A stretch of 62,843 bases of DNA, from assembly GCA_964543855.1 (NCBI GenBank), contig CAZJAD010000004.1, forward strand, positions 1-62,843, given 5' to 3'. This document shows positions 1 through 9,232 of this stretch, in pieces. The notes beneath the pieces were generated by a model that did not search any database, was not told the origin of the DNA, and saw only the letters and a program-made list of their open reading frames with translations. The first letter of the stretch is position 1; each line of letters starts with the position of its first letter. Origin of the DNA: an uncultured Alphaproteobacteria bacterium. GTDB taxonomy: Bacteria > Electryoneota > RPQS01 > DYHQ01. A program made the position numbers and the translations under genes.

Positions 1-210
1 CCGGAAGAAAGAGAGAGATTTCGCATCCTTCCAACGTCTCTTCGCGAGGCGTGCCTGGCGCTGCAGGAAGATCACGAGTTCTTGACGCGAGATGGAGTGT
101 TCCCCCCAGAATTCGTGGACATTTGGACACGACAAAAACTGGACAAGGAATATGATGAAGTCCGGCGGCGCCCTCATCCGTATGAAATCGGCCTTTACTA
201 CGATGTGTAG
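1..210 (+). CDS. glnA: glutamine synthetase type I, C-terminal fragment (5' end outside window)
   Basis: Frame 1 is open from base 1 to TAG 208-210. It reads ...LPTSLREACLALQEDHEFLTRDGVFPPEFVDIWTRQKLDKEYDEVRRRPHPYEIGLYYDV, the conserved C-terminal tail of GS-I enzymes. Confidence 0.8.
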   Translation, partial: PEERERFRILPTSLREACLALQEDHEFLTRDGVFPPEFVDIWTRQKLDKEYDEVRRRPHPYEIGLYYDV

Positions 211-282
211 CGCCCTGTGGGATTTGCGGGTTAACCAAATGGCCAGTGAGGCTCAAACCTGATTATTGTCAAAGGAGATTCT

Positions 283-1608
283 GTGTCTGTTTCACGCGAC
301 GATATTCTCCGGATCCTCAAGGACGAGAAAGTCCGGTACATCCGTCTATGGTTTGCCGACATCAACGGTCGACTGCGCGGTTTGACGATTCCGGAAAACG
401 AGCTTGCCGAGGCCATGGATCGAGGCGTTGGTTTCGACGGTTCATCTATCGAGGGATTCACGCGCATCGAAGAAAGCGACCTTCTGGCCGTGCCCGACCT
501 GGACACTTTCGCCATCTTACCTCAGCAGATCTCGGACGGCCGAGTGGCGCGGTTCATCTGCAACCTGAGAACGCCGGAAGGGAAGCCCTTTGAAGGAGAC
601 TCGCGCTATGTTTTGAAACGAACCTTGGAGAAGCATGCCGCGCAAGGCTACACCTTCTATATCGGTCCCGAATTGGAGTACTTTTATTTCGTTGACGACA
701 AGATTCCCGCTCCGCTCGACCATGTCGGCTATTTTGATGACAGCGTGGTGGATGTTGGGACCCAAGCGCGCCAGATGACGGGTGAAGCCCTGATGCAGAT
801 GGGAATCTCCATTGAAGCCATCCACCATGAAGTCGCGTCCAGCCAGCACGAGATTGATCTGACCTATGCCGACGCCTTGACGATGGCCGATCGGTGTCTG
901 ACCTGTCGTTTTCTGGTCCGAGCCGTAGCTCGTCGGCAGAATCTCTACGCCAGCTTCATGCCGAAACCGGTGACAGGCCAAAACGGCTCGGGCATGCATA
1001 CACATCAGTCGGTCTTTCAAGGCAAAAAGAACCTCTTCTTCGACGCGACAGACAGTTATCACCTGTCCAAATTCGGGCGGTCGTACATGGCGGGGATTCT
1101 GAAGCACATTCGAGCCATAACAGCGGTGCTGAATCAAACCGTGAACAGTTTCAAACGGTTGGTCGCCGGCTACGAGGCACCGGTGTATATTACCTGGGGG
1201 CAGAAAAACCGCAGCGCACTGGTTCGAGTCCCTCGTTATCGCGTGGGAGATGAACGCGCTACGCGCATCGAACTGAGGTCTCCAGACCCCGTATGCAATC
1301 CGTATCTGGCTTTCTCGGTGATGATTGCAGCCGGGATGGACGGAATCCAGCAGGGCCTTGTGCCGCCACCGTCCACCGAACAGAACATCTACGAAATGCT
1401 TTTGGAAACGCGCAACCAGCACGGCATCCAGACGCTTCCGGGCAGTCTGCTCGAATCCATTCTGGAAAGCGAGAAGAGCGATCTCGTTCGCGAGACGCTC
1501 GGAGAACATGTGTTCAACCGTTTTATTGCCAATAAGAAGGTGGAGTGGGATCGCTACAGCACAGCGGTGACCGATTATGAAATTCGAGAGTATTTTCCGG
1601 TCTGTTAG
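283..1608 (+). CDS. glnA: glutamine synthetase type I (complete second copy)
   Basis: 441-aa ORF with GTG start 5 nt after AAAGGAG (271-277). GS signatures: GPELEYF, HHEVASSQHEI, KPVTGQNGSGMHTHQS, NSFKRLVAGYEAP, RSALVRVP, RIELRSPDPVCNPYL. Confidence 0.93.
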   Translation: MSVSRDDILRILKDEKVRYIRLWFADINGRLRGLTIPENELAEAMDRGVGFDGSSIEGFTRIEESDLLAVPDLDTFAILPQQISDGRVARFICNLRTPEGKPFEGDSRYVLKRTLEKHAAQGYTFYIGPELEYFYFVDDKIPAPLDHVGYFDDSVVDVGTQARQMTGEALMQMGISIEAIHHEVASSQHEIDLTYADALTMADRCLTCRFLVRAVARRQNLYASFMPKPVTGQNGSGMHTHQSVFQGKKNLFFDATDSYHLSKFGRSYMAGILKHIRAITAVLNQTVNSFKRLVAGYEAPVYITWGQKNRSALVRVPRYRVGDERATRIELRSPDPVCNPYLAFSVMIAAGMDGIQQGLVPPPSTEQNIYEMLLETRNQHGIQTLPGSLLESILESEKSDLVRETLGEHVFNRFIANKKVEWDRYSTAVTDYEIREYFPVC

Positions 1609-4291
1609 AAGAGTGGGCCGGGCTCTGAGTCTGGCCGCGGCAGGCCTCTTTTGTCTCCACACTGTGGGATTCGCGACCCCTTATCTTGCTCCGAACGAGC
1701 TCCCGCGAGTCTCCGGCTTCAATCGGGGGCTTTCGCAGGAGCGGCCTCCTTTGCCTGCACCGACGATTCGGCATTCTCTGGACGAGGTAGCCTACTTTGC
1801 CGAATATGTGCAGATCTGTGATTTTCTCGTCCGCCTCCAGCACCCGGGGCCCGGTCAGAATAGGGGCGGTATGATCGAAGGTGAGACCGGGGATGTCGCC
1901 ACTATTGTCCAGACCGATAACACGCAAGAGGCGATCCGGGTGTGGGCACAGTACGGTGCATGGACCGGGAATACCGAGCGCTACAGTCAGCCCATCCAGC
2001 GCGCATGGGAATACTGCCTCCGTTTCCCGGCCTGGGACGAGGAATCCAGCACGGGGGATTACGGGTACTACCGAAGCCACAACTGTGGGTGGGGAATCAT
2101 GGCAGAAATGAAGTACCGGGAGGTCTATCAGGATACCTCGTACAAGTGGTACGCCGATACGTGCGCTGCTTACCTGGCCTCGCATTCGCTCCCCTTCAAT
2201 CAGGCGTCATGGCTGCGCCGCCTTCTGCCGTTGGTTCAGGGTTGGTCCGCGGGAACGCTCTACCTCTACGCTCTGCACGAGGGAAACGATGGTTGGAGGG
2301 AAACGGCGCTGACCGAAGCACGCCGGGTGCGCGATTGGATTGAAGCCGCTCCATCACGCCTCTACAACAATGAGGAGTGGGCGCTCTGCGGTGGTACGGC
2401 GCTGTGGGGGGTGTGTGCGAGTCTTTTTGATGCGTACCCGGACAGTGGCGCCCTGTGGCTTCCCACTATAGCGCCGAACACAGACACCTGGCAGGCGCCG
2501 ATAGCAGGAGGATGGAACCACTCCTGGAATACATGGTATGGACACGCCCATCATCTCGTCTTCGCCGTCCTTGGAGATTCAACTTACTGGAACAACGCGG
2601 TCTATATTGCTGATTCACTCCTGCAATTCGACACCGACGACGATGGCGGTATTACCGCCAACGGTCTGGATCCCGATACGGTTGACCAGAGCTGGGTCTC
2701 GTGCTACCTGAATTGGATGGACCTCGAACGGATCATCAATGCCTTGCCGAGCGCCGATTTGGCTGCGGCGGGCTTCGTGAGCCCAGCGCCGAGCGTTCCC
2801 CACATGGCCGGAGACTCACTGACGGTCGCTGTCCGCGTGCTCAATACCGGATGGGACGATCTCGATTCCGTCCTCGTCAGAATTGAAGGTGAATACGAGG
2901 AGTCCCTACGGGTCGATATCTCCTTCGGGTTGGACACGATAATTGTCTTTGAGACTCCGTGGGTCTCTCCGATTCTTCCTACTCAACCGGACCCGATTCC
3001 GCTCACTTTGTCTGTTCACCATCCGCAGGATATGCAGCCGGACAACAATGAGATGACGGTCTCCTTCGACATCCGTCAGGGAGCCTACATTGAAGGCCAT
3101 GTTCGGAGTGATGAAACGGGCGTCGGAGTGCCGGGGACTCATCTGGCATTCTATCATGAGGCCTTCCCGGATTCTCCCCGATTCGAAGTGGATGTACTGG
3201 GAGAAGACGGCGCGTATCAGACGCCACTTATCATGCTCGGCGACTATACCGTCGAAGTCTCGCCTCCGCTGGCCTACATGCCCGTGTCTTTGCCGGTGAC
3301 GCTGACCGAACCGGCCGGCGTGTCTTATCTGGAGGCTTTGGTGGAAGGAACTCAGGTGGCACTGATTGATGATGACGCCGGGGCTGCCTACGAGACATAT
3401 CTTGTCACAACTTTGGCAGAATTCTCGTGCCGCTCACGACCCTGGGATGTCGCTCTGCACGGGGCTCCCGAGCTCGAGGAAATCCCAATCGTGATCTGGA
3501 TGACCGGCGATGACTCGCTGACGACGCTGACTCCTGAAGACCAGTCGCAACTGGAGGACTACTTGAACAGCGGAGGCCGCGTATTCTTGACGGGTCAAAA
3601 CATCACGGAAGACCTCGGCACAGGTTCGGCCTTTCTCCGAGATGTGCTTCATTGCGATGTCTGCGAGCACAATGTCAGTTCTCTTCGACTTCTTGGGACA
3701 GAAAGCGATCCTGTGAGCGAGGGACTCGAGATCTTCATCGTTGGCTCGCAGGGTGCCGGCAACCAGCACTGGCCCTCGTCTCTGACGATTCTCCCAGACG
3801 GAGCCGAGTGCTTTCACTATGCCACAGAGGACAGCCAACCGGGCGGCGTCCGAGGCGATTACGGCTCCGGCAAGTATATCTTTCTTGCGTTTGGATTAGA
3901 GGCGGTTTCCGGCACCGGCGGCACGAATACGCGAACCGATGTCCTGGCGCGTGCCTTCGACTGGTTCGGTGTCTTGGCGACCCCGCCGGTCGCAACGGGC
4001 CATCTTCCTTCCGGGATCGAGCTTTCGCAAAACTGGCCGAACCCGTTCAACAGCGGAACAGTCATTTCATTCTATGCGCCACCGGGAACGGGGCCGGTGC
4101 GTCTTGTCCTGTACAACCTCCTGGGCCAGCAGGTTCGCACACTCTTCTACGCCCCGGCATCCACTGGACATCATGCCGTGCAATGGAACGGAAAGGGCGA
4201 CACGGGCCAGGACCTGCCGACCGGCACCTACCTCTATCGGCTCTCGACGCCGGATGAAATGCAAGTGAGAAAACTGCAGATCATCCGGTAA
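1577..4291 (+). CDS. secreted protein of unknown function with T9SS-type C-terminal sorting domain
   Basis: 904-aa ORF with a signal-like N-terminus (RALSLAAAGLFCLHTVGFA). The C-terminal ~85 aa (LSQNWPNPFNSGTVISF...GTYLYRL...KLQIIR) fit the Por/T9SS type A sorting-domain pattern. ATG 1577 overlaps glnA by 32 nt; in-frame GTG 1613 is an alternative start. Confidence 0.75.
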   Translation: MKFESIFRSVRRVGRALSLAAAGLFCLHTVGFATPYLAPNELPRVSGFNRGLSQERPPLPAPTIRHSLDEVAYFAEYVQICDFLVRLQHPGPGQNRGGMIEGETGDVATIVQTDNTQEAIRVWAQYGAWTGNTERYSQPIQRAWEYCLRFPAWDEESSTGDYGYYRSHNCGWGIMAEMKYREVYQDTSYKWYADTCAAYLASHSLPFNQASWLRRLLPLVQGWSAGTLYLYALHEGNDGWRETALTEARRVRDWIEAAPSRLYNNEEWALCGGTALWGVCASLFDAYPDSGALWLPTIAPNTDTWQAPIAGGWNHSWNTWYGHAHHLVFAVLGDSTYWNNAVYIADSLLQFDTDDDGGITANGLDPDTVDQSWVSCYLNWMDLERIINALPSADLAAAGFVSPAPSVPHMAGDSLTVAVRVLNTGWDDLDSVLVRIEGEYEESLRVDISFGLDTIIVFETPWVSPILPTQPDPIPLTLSVHHPQDMQPDNNEMTVSFDIRQGAYIEGHVRSDETGVGVPGTHLAFYHEAFPDSPRFEVDVLGEDGAYQTPLIMLGDYTVEVSPPLAYMPVSLPVTLTEPAGVSYLEALVEGTQVALIDDDAGAAYETYLVTTLAEFSCRSRPWDVALHGAPELEEIPIVIWMTGDDSLTTLTPEDQSQLEDYLNSGGRVFLTGQNITEDLGTGSAFLRDVLHCDVCEHNVSSLRLLGTESDPVSEGLEIFIVGSQGAGNQHWPSSLTILPDGAECFHYATEDSQPGGVRGDYGSGKYIFLAFGLEAVSGTGGTNTRTDVLARAFDWFGVLATPPVATGHLPSGIELSQNWPNPFNSGTVISFYAPPGTGPVRLVLYNLLGQQVRTLFYAPASTGHHAVQWNGKGDTGQDLPTGTYLYRLSTPDEMQVRKLQIIR

Positions 4292-4302
4292 GGTCGGGAT
4301 TC

Positions 4303-5649
4303 ATGGGAGCATCTCTCTCTCTTTTTCAATTCCAGCGGAAGAACCGACCACAAGTCGCGGCTTGGGCATTCTACGACTTCGCGAACTCCGCTTTCGCGAC
4401 AGTCATCCTGGCCGTTCTTTACAACAAATACTACGCCGGAGTTGTCGCTGGCGGCCCCGAGGGTGTCTTGGTCGGGTCGTTGCGCGTGCCGGGAGCGACG
4501 ATGCTGGGGTTCGCGGCTGCAGCCGCCATGCTTCTGGTCGCCGTGAGCTCCCCCCTGCTCGGCGCAATGGCCGACCTGACCGGCGGCAAGAAACGGTTCC
4601 TTGGTGCCTATGCCTTGGTGGGATGCGTTGCAACCGCACTCATGGCAACGGTGAATGCGGGCGAATGGTTCTGGGGAGGATTGCTTTTCATTCTGGCGCA
4701 GATTGGCTTTGCTGGCGCCAACATCTTCTACAACGCTTTGCTCGTTGACATCGCTGACCCGGAAGACTACGGAAAAGTATCCGGTATCGGATGGGCTTGG
4801 GGCTACATCGGCGGGGGTCTCTTGCTGCTCGTCAATCTGGTGATGTTAAAATCGCCGGAGATACTGGGGTTTCCCCCAGGGTTCTTCTCTCTGGGCGATT
4901 GCTTTGTCAGTGTCGCCGTGTGGTGGGCGATATTCTCGCTGCCCCTGATCCTGATTGTGCGCGAAGTCCGAGCGAGTGTTGCCACAAGACAAGTCAACCT
5001 TGTTCGAGAAAGCTGGCGCACTCTCGCGAGCACAGTGCGCAAGGTGAAACGCCTTCCGGAGCTTGCCAAGTTCTTTCTCGCCTTCCTTATCTACAATGAC
5101 GGAGTCGAAACAGTTATTATCATGGCTTCCGTCTTTGGAGATCAGGAACTCCATATGGGAAACGACGAGCTGATCCTGTTCTTTCTGATGATTCAGGGAG
5201 TGGCCTTCCTCGGAGCGCTTTTCTTCGGATGGCTCGTTGGACGCATTGGCAATCGGAGCGCAATCCTTATCAGTCTTGCGGTCTGGAGCTTCGTTCTGAT
5301 CTGGGCTTGGGGACTTGGATGGCTTGGTGATGCACGCGGCGAGTACTGGGTCCTGGGAGTCGTGGTCGCTCTCATTATGGGCGGGACTCAAGCGGCGTCT
5401 CGATCCCTTCAGGCCTATCTGATTCCGCCGGGTCATTCCGCCGAATTCTTCAGCTTCTTCGGCATTTCAGGCAAGTTCGCCAGTGCCGTTGGGCCGCTCA
5501 TTTACGGCTTAGCCGTTCTTCTGACCGGTAGCCTCCGGATCGCCATGTTGACGCTGCTTCTCTTTTTCGTTGTCGGTTTCCTTGTGCTGTGGACGGTCAA
5601 TGAGAAAGCGGGGCGAGAGCAGGCGATCGTCTTCGAAACAGGAGGGTAG
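4303..5649 (+). CDS. MFS transporter, UMF1/Atg22-like family
   Basis: 448 aa with many hydrophobic helices. The N-terminal motif WAFYDFANSAFATVILAVLYNKYY is typical of UMF1-family MFS proteins. Confidence 0.75.
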   Translation: MGASLSLFQFQRKNRPQVAAWAFYDFANSAFATVILAVLYNKYYAGVVAGGPEGVLVGSLRVPGATMLGFAAAAAMLLVAVSSPLLGAMADLTGGKKRFLGAYALVGCVATALMATVNAGEWFWGGLLFILAQIGFAGANIFYNALLVDIADPEDYGKVSGIGWAWGYIGGGLLLLVNLVMLKSPEILGFPPGFFSLGDCFVSVAVWWAIFSLPLILIVREVRASVATRQVNLVRESWRTLASTVRKVKRLPELAKFFLAFLIYNDGVETVIIMASVFGDQELHMGNDELILFFLMIQGVAFLGALFFGWLVGRIGNRSAILISLAVWSFVLIWAWGLGWLGDARGEYWVLGVVVALIMGGTQAASRSLQAYLIPPGHSAEFFSFFGISGKFASAVGPLIYGLAVLLTGSLRIAMLTLLLFFVVGFLVLWTVNEKAGREQAIVFETGG

Positions 5650-6030
5650 ATGGCACTCCAAAGTCGCATCGTTGTCGTGGACGATGACCCCGAGGTGCTG
5701 GAGGTCATCAAGAAATTCCTGGTGCAGCACAAGTTCGAAGTGCACACGGCCCTTTCGGGTGAGGGTGCATTGTCCCTGATTCGTGCGGTGCGGCCTCATC
5801 TGGTTCTGCTTGACTTGCGGCTCCCCGGGATGGACGGTGTTGAGACACTTCGCGAGATACGCCGCTTCGACAGCACCGTTGGAGTGATCATCATGACTGG
5901 CTACGAAGACGAAGAGAAAGGACGCGAAAGCCTGGATCTGGGCGCGTCGGACTACATCCGTAAGCCAATAGATTTCAAATATTTAGAAGCAAGCGTCCTG
6001 CAGAAGATCCGGTCAATGGTAGGGGAATAA
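5650..6030 (+). CDS. stand-alone response regulator receiver (CheY-like)
   Basis: 126 aa with VVVDDD acidic pocket, phospho-Asp context LVLLDLRLPGMDG, IIMTGY and DYIRKP (conserved Thr and Lys). The start abuts the MFS stop codon. Confidence 0.88.
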   Translation: MALQSRIVVVDDDPEVLEVIKKFLVQHKFEVHTALSGEGALSLIRAVRPHLVLLDLRLPGMDGVETLREIRRFDSTVGVIIMTGYEDEEKGRESLDLGASDYIRKPIDFKYLEASVLQKIRSMVGE

Positions 6031-6047
6031 CAAACGGGATTCATGGC

Positions 6048-6076
6048 TTGACATTGTTGTTTCTTTTTGATATGTT
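6048..6076 (+). promoter_or_regulatory. sigma-70-type promoter candidate for the cytochrome gene
   Basis: TTGACA (6048-6053), 17-nt spacer, TATGTT (6071-6076). About 100 nt upstream of AGGAGG (6165-6170) and ATG 6179. Confidence 0.45.
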
Positions 6077-6178
6077 ATGGCTGTTGAGTGATACTGCAAA
6101 TGAAATCATGCCTGCCGAGAGAAGGCCGGACCGTGCGGCGCTCAGCGGGCATCGGGACATAAGCAGGAGGTAATCCAC

Positions 6179-6742
6179 ATGGGTCGAAAGATAGCCATTG
6201 CTTTCTTGGCAGCTGTCGTCCTTGCGACAATGGCGGTAGTGCCGTCGCTTGCCGAGGAAGCGCAGCATGAGTATGTTGGCAACAGCAAGTGCAAAATGTG
6301 CCACAAAGGCGAGACGAAGGGAATGATCTGGGAACGCTGGCTTGGGACCCGACACGCCTTGTCCATGGAGACCCTGGACCCCGAAAAGGGAGAAAACGAC
6401 AATCCCGATTGTGTGAAATGTCATGTCACGGGTTTTGGTCAGCCGACGGGATACAATGTTGAGGAGCCAAACGAAGACTTGGCCAGTGTGGGTTGCGAGG
6501 CGTGCCACGGCCCAGGCAGCGATTACAAGAAGCTGTCTGTCATGAAGGACAGGGAGCAGGCCGTTGCCGCCGGTTTGATCATTCCGACCGAGGAGACTTG
6601 CATACGATGCCACAACGAAGAATCACCCACCTTCAAAGGCTTCGACTACAAGGAGGCTTTGATCAAGGGAACTCACATGGGAGAAGGGGGTGAAGTGGAA
6701 GAAGGAGAGGAAGGAGAAGAGGCAGAACCTGCGAAGGAATAG
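6179..6742 (+). CDS. secreted tetraheme c-type cytochrome (c554-like small multiheme)
   Basis: 187 aa with signal peptide (IAIAFLAAVVLATMAVVPSLA). Four CxxCH motifs: CKMCH, CVKCH, CEACH, CIRCH. Acidic tail EGGEVEEGEEGEEAEPAKE. Confidence 0.88.
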   Translation: MGRKIAIAFLAAVVLATMAVVPSLAEEAQHEYVGNSKCKMCHKGETKGMIWERWLGTRHALSMETLDPEKGENDNPDCVKCHVTGFGQPTGYNVEEPNEDLASVGCEACHGPGSDYKKLSVMKDREQAVAAGLIIPTEETCIRCHNEESPTFKGFDYKEALIKGTHMGEGGEVEEGEEGEEAEPAKE

Positions 6743-6786
6743 TCACGCTGCTGTGCGTCAGCAACTCTGACAGTCACAATAATAAT

Positions 6787-6827
6787 TGCGCCGGATGCGC
6801 ACTGATGCGTCCGGCGCTTTCTTTTTT
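6787..6827 (+). terminator. Rho-independent terminator after the cytochrome gene
   Basis: Hairpin GCGCCGGATGC/GCGTCCGGCGC (6787-6816) followed by TTTCTTTTTTT (6817-6827). Confidence 0.65.
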
Positions 6828-6875
6828 TGAATGATTTCGGACAGTGGCATTTGAGCAGTCTGACAATCGGGTGGC

Positions 6876-8423
6876 TCATGTGTCGCTGCGGTAGACGATC
6901 TCGCCGCCACAAACCGTCATCAGGACCCTGGCAGAGAGGAGATTACGAGGATCACAAGTGAAGGGATTGCAGGATAGAACGGCCAGATCCGCTGATTTTC
7001 CTTCTGAAATCGTCCCGGAATCCTCCTCGCACCACGACGCGTAGGCGCCCGCCTGAGTATAAGCCTCGAGTGCTTCCTCGACCGTAAGACACTGGTTCGG
7101 AATCCAACCGCCAGGTGGATTGCCGTGTTCGTCCTGGCGGGTGACGGCCGCATGAATCCCCGCCAGAGGATTCATCGTCTCGATAGGCCAGTCGCTGCCG
7201 AAACAGAGCGGCACACCCGCACTTCGAATCGAGCGCCACGCGTAACTCAGGCCTGCCCGCTCCTTGCCGAGCCTCTCCTCCACCCACTTCATATCGGCTG
7301 TGGCGTGAATCGGTTGCATGGATACGACGACTCCAAGGTTGTGCAGTCGGTCAATATCATCCTGCCTCATCGTCTGAGCATGCTCCAGCCTCATTCGCTG
7401 GCCACGCGCACCAGCCGACTCAATAGCATTCAGCGCGACCGTGCACGCCCGATCACCGATTGCATGCAGTGCGACCTGAAAACCATCGTCGGCAGCTTCT
7501 CGAATGAAGCGACTCAGCTCCTGCTCGCTCGCAACAAGAATACCGGTGTTTTTCGGATCATTCGCGTACGGCTCCCAGAAGGCCGCAGTCTGCGAACCCA
7601 AGGCACCATCCACAAACCCCTTGAATGTGGCAAAGCGAAATCGAGCCTCTTTGCGCCGCGTGAATCTGTCCGCTCGGAAATCGAAGTCCGGCGTGACCCT
7701 CCAGAGATCCACCCGGAGTTTCACCTGCGAACCCTGAGCGAAATCGAGGTAGAACGGGATGAGATCTTGGCGGGCGGAGACTCCGACCGCCGTGATTCCC
7801 AGTGAAAAGGCGAGGCTTTGCGCTTGGAGAAGAGCTTGATGTGCGCGTTGCTTGGTGAGTGGAGGACGGAAACTGAGAAGGAGGTCACAGGCATGCTCTC
7901 GGACGAGCCCGTTCATTCGGCCGTCAGCGCCCCGGTCGAACCGTCCGCGTGTGGGATCCGCGGTCTGCTCGGTGATCCTCGCTCGCGCCAGAGTCCTGCT
8001 GTTGACGACAGCGGAGTGCAGGTCGTGACTGCGAATGAAGACGGGGATATCCGGAACAATTCGGTCTAAGACCTGACGGTCAAGGACCAGCTCACTTTCC
8101 TCGAAGCCGTGTCCGTCCAGCCATTGCCCGTCGGACTGGTGCGCCGCTGTCTCAAGACGCTCGGCGGCCTCGTCAACATCTCGCACGCCCGCAAGGGAGA
8201 CCCAGTTCAGACTCAGCGCACCGGTTAGCAGATGAGTATGACTGTCGCAGAAGCCGGGGATGAGCAGGGCTGAGTCGGGGAAGGTAATCGTCTCGAGGGT
8301 GGATGGCAGGTTTCTGGCTGGGAGAACATCGACGATCCGCTCTCCGGCGATGTCGACGGCAAGCCGCTCCACGGGAGTTCCCGCCTTCCGCCATGTGTCC
8401 GTGACGATTCGCCAGCGCCTCAT
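6876..8423 (-). CDS. amidohydrolase-family metal-dependent hydrolase (YtcJ-like)
   Basis: 515 aa with PGFCDSHTHLL metal-binding motif, HAIGD, and a late GSDWP motif typical of Amidohydro_3 proteins. The start overlaps the ymdB stop (TGATG). Confidence 0.8.
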   Translation of the reverse strand: MRRWRIVTDTWRKAGTPVERLAVDIAGERIVDVLPARNLPSTLETITFPDSALLIPGFCDSHTHLLTGALSLNWVSLAGVRDVDEAAERLETAAHQSDGQWLDGHGFEESELVLDRQVLDRIVPDIPVFIRSHDLHSAVVNSRTLARARITEQTADPTRGRFDRGADGRMNGLVREHACDLLLSFRPPLTKQRAHQALLQAQSLAFSLGITAVGVSARQDLIPFYLDFAQGSQVKLRVDLWRVTPDFDFRADRFTRRKEARFRFATFKGFVDGALGSQTAAFWEPYANDPKNTGILVASEQELSRFIREAADDGFQVALHAIGDRACTVALNAIESAGARGQRMRLEHAQTMRQDDIDRLHNLGVVVSMQPIHATADMKWVEERLGKERAGLSYAWRSIRSAGVPLCFGSDWPIETMNPLAGIHAAVTRQDEHGNPPGGWIPNQCLTVEEALEAYTQAGAYASWCEEDSGTISEGKSADLAVLSCNPFTCDPRNLLSARVLMTVCGGEIVYRSDT

Positions 8424-9232
8424 CAGAGTGCTATCTGCAGCCTTTCAATCCGGAGAGCCTTCCCGCTTTCAGAATCAATCTCCAGGAGTGCCGCTGAAAG
8501 GCGCAGATCCTCCGTTGCCATGGCTGTTCGTCCTCCGTGAGAAACCTGGAGGAATCGGTTGAGAGCCGTCACGGTATCCAGTCCGATGACACCGCCGTGA
8601 GCGCCGGTCATGCCGACATCGGTAATGTACGCCGTGCCCCCTGGAAGGACGTTTTCGTCCACGGTTTGAACATGAGTGTGCGTGCCGATGACCGCGCTGC
8701 AGAATCCATCAACAAACCGGGCGAAGGCCATCTTCTCGGCCGTTGCCTCACCGTGGAAGTCAACAACAATGACCTTCGAATCGGACGCGAGCCTTTCAAT
8801 CTCGGCGCGGCCAGTCCGGAACGGGCAATCCGCCAGAGGCATGAACGCACGGCCCTGAAGATTCAGGACCGCTACCTTGTCTCCGAGTTTCAAGTCGAAT
8901 ACGCCCGATCCGTATCCCGGAGTGCCGGGCGGATAGTTGAAGGGTCGCAAGAGGCGTGGATCCTCTTCAATGACCGGAATGATTTTGTCCCGGTAGAGGG
9001 TGTGATTGCCTCCCGTCACGACATCCACTCCCAACGACAGCATTTCCTCGAAAAGCGGTCTGGACAACCCTTTGCCTCCGTCGACATTCTCACCATTGGC
9101 GAGGCACATGTCTATACGATAGCGAAGCAGAAGCCCGGGTAGAAGGCGCCGAAGCACCTCCATCCCGGGCGTTCCCATGACATCACCGATAAAAAGTATG
9201 TTCAGACGATCTTGCACGCGGTCACTTCGCAA
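8423..9232 (-). CDS. ymdB: YmdB-family metallophosphoesterase (2',3'-cyclic-nucleotide phosphodiesterase)
   Basis: 269 aa with [14 protein letters not shown]...[13 protein letters not shown]...TGGNHT...[10 protein letters not shown]...GTHTHVQT, the calcineurin-like YmdB motifs. The conserved rny-ymdB gene order is present. Confidence 0.88.
   Translation of the reverse strand: MRSDRVQDRLNILFIGDVMGTPGMEVLRRLLPGLLLRYRIDMCLANGENVDGGKGLSRPLFEEMLSLGVDVVTGGNHTLYRDKIIPVIEEDPRLLRPFNYPPGTPGYGSGVFDLKLGDKVAVLNLQGRAFMPLADCPFRTGRAEIERLASDSKVIVVDFHGEATAEKMAFARFVDGFCSAVIGTHTHVQTVDENVLPGGTAYITDVGMTGAHGGVIGLDTVTALNRFLQVSHGGRTAMATEDLRLSAALLEIDSESGKALRIERLQIAL

Noticed and set aside
1-210. glnA fragment as a pseudogene
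   Set aside because: The truncation coincides with the window edge and the frame is open from base 1, so it is most simply a complete gene cut by the window.
517-1662. 381-aa ORF antisense to glnA
   Set aside because: It lies fully inside, and opposite to, a gene with unmistakable GS motifs. The translation is Arg/Ala/Gly-rich and low-complexity, which is typical of shadow ORFs in GC-rich DNA.
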